Of a DNA stretch of 64,000 nucleotides, positions 60,144 through 64,000 are shown one piece after another (positions within the stretch are counted from its first letter, which is position 1; each line of letters opens with the position of its first letter). Source of the stretch: Spirochaetia bacterium. Its GTDB lineage: Bacteria; Spirochaetota; Spirochaetia; CADAEX01. The notes beneath the pieces are model-generated. The model had not been told where the DNA came from. It was given only the letters and a program-made list of their open reading frames with translations, and ran no database searches. A program made the position numbers and the translations under genes. The stretch covers positions 3,234,015-3,298,014 of the forward strand of contig OY764868.1 in NCBI GenBank assembly GCA_963668545.1. The letters run 5' to 3'.

Positions 60144-60917
60144 ATGCGAGAAAATATAGAATATTGGATAGATCTTTTAGAAAGTGCCTATATTTTAACT
60201 CATGATATTGACAAAATAATACGGCCTATAAGAAATAACGATATAATAAAAAAAGTTTTGAATGCATATCTTTTTAAAGTGAATAGGACACTTGCAGGGA
60301 TCATTTTATTATATAAAAATAACTTTAATGAAGAAGGCCAAATATTAGTACGTACAATGTTTGAGCTACTATTGGATTTTAGTTTTTTTACAAATATTTT
60401 AAAAACAGAACCTGAAATAGCTGGTCGTCGTATTATAGATAGTCTCATAATTGAAAAAGCAAAGCAACTAAGGGCTTCTAATTATGACGGCGTCCCAGAA
60501 AACATAAAATTAGATATTGAAAAATGGGAGTCTGAAGTCAAGTCAAGATATTCAATTGATGATATCCGGAAATTACGTAGATATGGATTTTCAATGGTAT
60601 CAGTAGAAGAAAAAGCAAAATTAACTGGTCATGAAAGCATATATAATATTATGTATAGAAACTTTTCTCGTAATTCACATAACACTGATTTTATGGAAAG
60701 TTTTCTTCAAATACAAGCATATGAGGCAGATGGCTATGAAGAGCTTCAAGTTTCAAGAGATTCTATTGCGATGGAAACTACATTTATAACAATATACAAT
60801 ACCATTCAATCTTTAAATACGGTTTTTAAACTTTCTTTCAATGATCGAATCGAACAACTTAAAAGAAAGTTTGATATGCTAAAAAAGAATAATGATGAAA
60901 CAATTTCAGGAAATTAG
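60144..60917 (+). CDS. cassette gene 1 of 2: hypothetical protein (257 aa, no recognisable domain)
   Basis: Long ORF with a GGAA RBS region; first gene of the only long two-gene cassette. Confidence 0.5.
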   Translation: MRENIEYWIDLLESAYILTHDIDKIIRPIRNNDIIKKVLNAYLFKVNRTLAGIILLYKNNFNEEGQILVRTMFELLLDFSFFTNILKTEPEIAGRRIIDSLIIEKAKQLRASNYDGVPENIKLDIEKWESEVKSRYSIDDIRKLRRYGFSMVSVEEKAKLTGHESIYNIMYRNFSRNSHNTDFMESFLQIQAYEADGYEELQVSRDSIAMETTFITIYNTIQSLNTVFKLSFNDRIEQLKRKFDMLKKNNDETISGN

Positions 60918-60958
60918 ATCATTCAATATTTTAGGAATTATCAAGGAGTATATAACTC

Positions 60959-61819
60959 ATGCTTGTAATTAAAAATTATATTTTTTCCTATTTTAATAGT
61001 ATTTCATATGAAATATGGATTGGAGCTATAATTGGAGCAATTATTTCTGCTTTGTTTATGTTATTTTTTTCATTTTTAAAAGGAATAATATTTAAAATTA
61101 AAGAACAACTACCAGTTCGAAAAGTTGTTGGTGATTTTGCAAATGACGAACAAATATGTAGTATCTTTTTAAAAAACCTTTACTCACATAATTATGAATA
61201 TCTATCAAATGAACCCAATTTTTTCCCACCTTATACGAAAAATACTCAAAGAGAATGGCAGAATATTCCATTTGTAATTGCTAATTCAGATTTCCAAGCT
61301 GCTACGGATTTTACAAACATCCTTGGACAAATAGGAAAAAGAAAAAATATTATTTTTCGATCAATTGAAAATGAGTGGGATTTGTGGTCAGAAAACATAT
61401 TATCTATTGGAGGCAATTATAAAACTGAAAAAATATTTGAATTGTCAAATAATAAATACGTGGAAATCACAGAAAATAATTCTTTTAAATTTAATGACCA
61501 CAGTGAATTATTTTTTTCTAAAGATAATAATGATTTCGGACTGATATATAAAGCTACAAATCCAGCAACACAGAAAAAATGTTTTGTTATAATGGGTATT
61601 GGTGTAGAAGGAACAAAAGCTGCAAGCTATTATTTTAGAACAAACTTATCTCAAATTGGTAAAATGTTTGGTAAAAATGACTTTGCATTGTTAGTTAAGA
61701 TAAAAATTGGACAAGGTAGAGAAAATTCTAAATTAGCCTGGTATCTTCCCAATATTTCTTTAAGTTCAAAACTATGTCATCCATTGATTTGGAAAAGAAT
61801 ATTTTCAATAATTAAATAA
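60959..61819 (+). CDS. cassette gene 2 of 2: membrane-anchored hypothetical protein (N-terminal TM helix + ~240-aa cytoplasmic domain)
   Basis: IWIGAIIGAIISALFMLFFSFL TM. GGAG RBS 8 nt upstream. No attC between it and gene 1. Confidence 0.5.
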   Translation: MLVIKNYIFSYFNSISYEIWIGAIIGAIISALFMLFFSFLKGIIFKIKEQLPVRKVVGDFANDEQICSIFLKNLYSHNYEYLSNEPNFFPPYTKNTQREWQNIPFVIANSDFQAATDFTNILGQIGKRKNIIFRSIENEWDLWSENILSIGGNYKTEKIFELSNNKYVEITENNSFKFNDHSELFFSKDNNDFGLIYKATNPATQKKCFVIMGIGVEGTKAASYYFRTNLSQIGKMFGKNDFALLVKIKIGQGRENSKLAWYLPNISLSSKLCHPLIWKRIFSIIK

Positions 61820-61943
61820 GCAATTTAATCAATCACGGGATAGACAGTATAAAATTATTATTAAAAATAAAAAATTAAGTAGCTTTCAAAAAAATATTAT
61901 TAACATATTTTCCGTACAATTTTTTTATGTAGACAGAAAAGAT

Positions 61944-62155
61944 CCAGACCTTGACTCCGCCGTGCGGTCTGGTCGAAGAGTGGGAACACTTCAGATAACA
62001 AGAAATATATGATTCAAGCTGGAAAAGAGTAAATGACAGAAAACAGCTTTCATCCAAATTGCCAGAACGTTTTCTATTTCTGTATAGTTGCAGCAGGTGT
62101 AAGATTATTTCATATAGAGCGGTCTGGCAACTACATATATTTCTGAAACGTTATT
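61944..62155 (+). repeat. CCAGACC hairpin + attC (family 2)
   Basis: CCAGACCttgactccgccgtgcGGTCTGG ... caGATAAC-aagaaatatatg ... ttgccag/ctggcaa ... catatatttct-gaaacGTTATTTG. Confidence 0.6.
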
Positions 62156-62171
62156 TGCAAGGCTAAAATTG

Positions 62172-63508
62172 TCCAACCAGGACATGGGTAACGATTTAAC
62201 TTCAGGACATAGGTAACACTTTTACAGGAATCTTTCCGAAACCTTTAATAAAAAAGGGAGGAAAGAAATGCCCTGGAAGGAGACTTATGTTATGGATCAA
62301 AGAAAAGAATTCGTACTGGAAGCAATGGATCCTCTCTGCAATTTTACTAAGCTTTGTAGTAAATACGGCATTTCAACTAAGACAGGATATAAGTGGAAAA
62401 GCCGTTTTATACAAGAAGGTTTTGCAGGCCTTTTTGATCAGTCGAAAAGACCTGATAATTCACCAACTCAAATAGATGAAGAGACGATACTTGAGATAAT
62501 AAAATTAAAAATAAAGAAAAAACACTGGGGGCCAAAGAAAATAAGAGAGATTTACAGGCAAAAACATCCTGATGAAATAATACCATGTCTTACCAGTGTC
62601 GAAAGAATATTAAGAAAAGCAGGTCTTATTAAAAAACGAAAGCGGAATCGGACAGGCAGTGGAATTAGACTTCAAACAAATGCTGTAGCTGAAAAGCCTA
62701 ATGATGTATGGACAGTAGATTTTAAAGGTTGGTGGTATACCCAAGATAAAGAAAAAGTGAATCCGTTAACTGTAAGAGATGATTTTTCAAAATACATTTT
62801 ATGCATAAAAGCTCTTGATAAAGGGGATACAGCTTCTGTAAAGGCTGAATTTGAGGTTCTTTTTAAAAGATTTGGACTTCCTAAAGTCATTCGATCAGAT
62901 AATGGACCTCCCTTTGCATCAAGAATGAGTCTTCTAGGCTTAACAAAGCTTTCAGTCTGGTGGATGGCTTTAGGTATTCAATTAGATAGAATTGAACCAG
63001 GTAAACCTCAGCAAAATGGAAGCCATGAACGAATGCACCTTGATATGAAAAATGAACTTGAAAGCTGTATCGAAGGAAATATTCTGCTGCACCAGAAAGA
63101 GTTTGACAGGTGGCGTAAAGAGTTCAATAACGAGAGGCCTCATGAAGCTTTAGGAATGAAAACTCCTGCTATGGTTTATACTGCATCAGAAAATAAATAT
63201 GACGGAATCATTGAGGACTTGGAATATCCCGGAACATTCAGGACACGGTTGGTAAATAACAGGGGTTATATAAGCATTAAAAGACGAATGTTCTTTATTG
63301 GTAATCCTTTCATGGGTTATTATGTAGGTATAAGACCGCAAAAGGACTGACAGCAGAATGTCTGGTTCGGTGATTATTTTTTAGGATCTTTGGATATGGA
63401 TACAGGATTATTACAGCCTGAGTCTATTGTGAAATTTAATAAGGGCAATTTAAGAAAACCGTTACCCATGTCTTGAAGGGGGACTGTTACCTATGTCCTG
63501 AAGTTGGA
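62172..63508 (+). mobile_element. IS481-family-like insertion sequence inserted about 20 nt downstream of an attC core, inside the conserved 5' module of the next cassette
   Basis: Ends TGTCCAACCAGGACATGGGTAAC (left) and GTTACCTATGTCCTGAAGTTGGAC (right, reverse-complementary). Each end carries two tandem copies of a ~17-nt CAGGACATRGGTAAC motif. Confidence 0.65.
62268..63350 (+). CDS. IS481-family transposase (HTH + rve DDE integrase core)
   Basis: N-terminal HTH; DVWTVDFKGW ... D ... E rve catalytic core; 360 aa single ORF. Confidence 0.75.
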   Translation: MPWKETYVMDQRKEFVLEAMDPLCNFTKLCSKYGISTKTGYKWKSRFIQEGFAGLFDQSKRPDNSPTQIDEETILEIIKLKIKKKHWGPKKIREIYRQKHPDEIIPCLTSVERILRKAGLIKKRKRNRTGSGIRLQTNAVAEKPNDVWTVDFKGWWYTQDKEKVNPLTVRDDFSKYILCIKALDKGDTASVKAEFEVLFKRFGLPKVIRSDNGPPFASRMSLLGLTKLSVWWMALGIQLDRIEPGKPQQNGSHERMHLDMKNELESCIEGNILLHQKEFDRWRKEFNNERPHEALGMKTPAMVYTASENKYDGIIEDLEYPGTFRTRLVNNRGYISIKRRMFFIGNPFMGYYVGIRPQKD

Positions 63509-63523
63509 CCCGCCAAGAGGAAG

Positions 63524-63548
63524 ACGCCCGGACCTCCGGCCTACGGGC
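63524..63548 (+). promoter_or_regulatory. conserved GC hairpin module (CGCCCGGacctccggcctaCGGGCG)
   Basis: Same module as at 56800, 58078 and 60077, here immediately after the IS right end. Confidence 0.45.
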
Positions 63549-63609
63549 GAAGAAAAAATGTAATTTAAAACAGAATTCGCTTTTTAGAGATGAATAATAA
63601 GGAAGATAA

Positions 63610-64000
63610 ATGATAATAAAAATAGCTTATTTCTCCGGAACTGGATGTACACAATTTGTCGCTGAATCATTCAAGAATGAAATTGAAGCTAGAAATCACT
63701 CTGCTCAAATGATTAGAATTGGTAAGGACATTTCAAATAGTAAGAAGGATTACGATTTACTAATTATATGTTATGCAGTCCATGCATGTAATGCGCCAAA
63801 GCCAGTTCTTGATTGGGTTAATAATAACGAAGAATCAGATAATGTTCCAACAGCCATTATTTCTGTTTCGGGAGGAGGAGAAGTAACCCCAAATTTAGCA
63901 TGTCGTTTATTATTGAAGAAGAAATTAACTAAGAAGAATTATTCAGTATTTTATGAAAAGATGATAGTAATGCCGTCAAATTGGATAGTTCCAACAAAAC
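63610..64000 (+). CDS. cassette: flavodoxin-like protein (3'-partial, runs off window)
   Basis: MIIKIAYFSGTGCTQ flavodoxin signature (S/T-x-T-G-x-T) at the N-terminus. Confidence 0.6.
   Translation, partial: MIIKIAYFSGTGCTQFVAESFKNEIEARNHSAQMIRIGKDISNSKKDYDLLIICYAVHACNAPKPVLDWVNNNEESDNVPTAIISVSGGGEVTPNLACRLLLKKKLTKKNYSVFYEKMIVMPSNWIVPTK

Overview
The window has two parts. Positions 1-46.4 kb are ordinary chromosomal content of an AT-rich (~40% GC) anaerobe. The pheS-like N-terminal fragment and the propeller-type sensor kinase fit a spirochete-like or other Gram-negative anaerobe, but the organism cannot be assigned from this sequence. This part carries housekeeping genes (rlmKL, ychF, NUDIX, HD-GYP response regulator, SSS symporter, ABC transporter, Lnt, CobB sirtuin) and a complete citrate-fermentation island. 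The island has citCDEF, a tripartite tricarboxylate transporter tctCBA inside the cit operon, a fused citXG, a LysR regulator and the Na+-pumping oxaloacetate decarboxylase oadGAB. Positions 46.5-64 kb (running off the window end) are a textbook-organised but atypical integron-like cassette array. A divergently oriented tyrosine recombinase (46478-47278, minus strand) is followed by at least 15 co-oriented plus-strand cassettes. Each cassette ends in a long (~90-170 nt) imperfect-palindromic attC-like site that finishes in a GTT(A/T)T core. Cassette cargo includes a multi-zinc-ribbon nuclease-like protein, an FRG-domain protein, a cbpA-cbpM chaperone pair, a YARHG-domain protein, a HAD-like hydrolase, secreted proteins, a two-gene cassette of unknown function (possible defence module) and a flavodoxin-like protein. 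There are six copies of a 434-nt ORF-less cassette, two of them 100% identical at different array positions. An IS481-like insertion sequence sits in the 5' region of one cassette. Six unrelated cassettes start with the same GC-rich hairpin module. The recombinase appears to lack the IntI-specific insertion, so it is Xer-like in size; this is the most unusual aspect. No rRNA, tRNA or CRISPR was seen.
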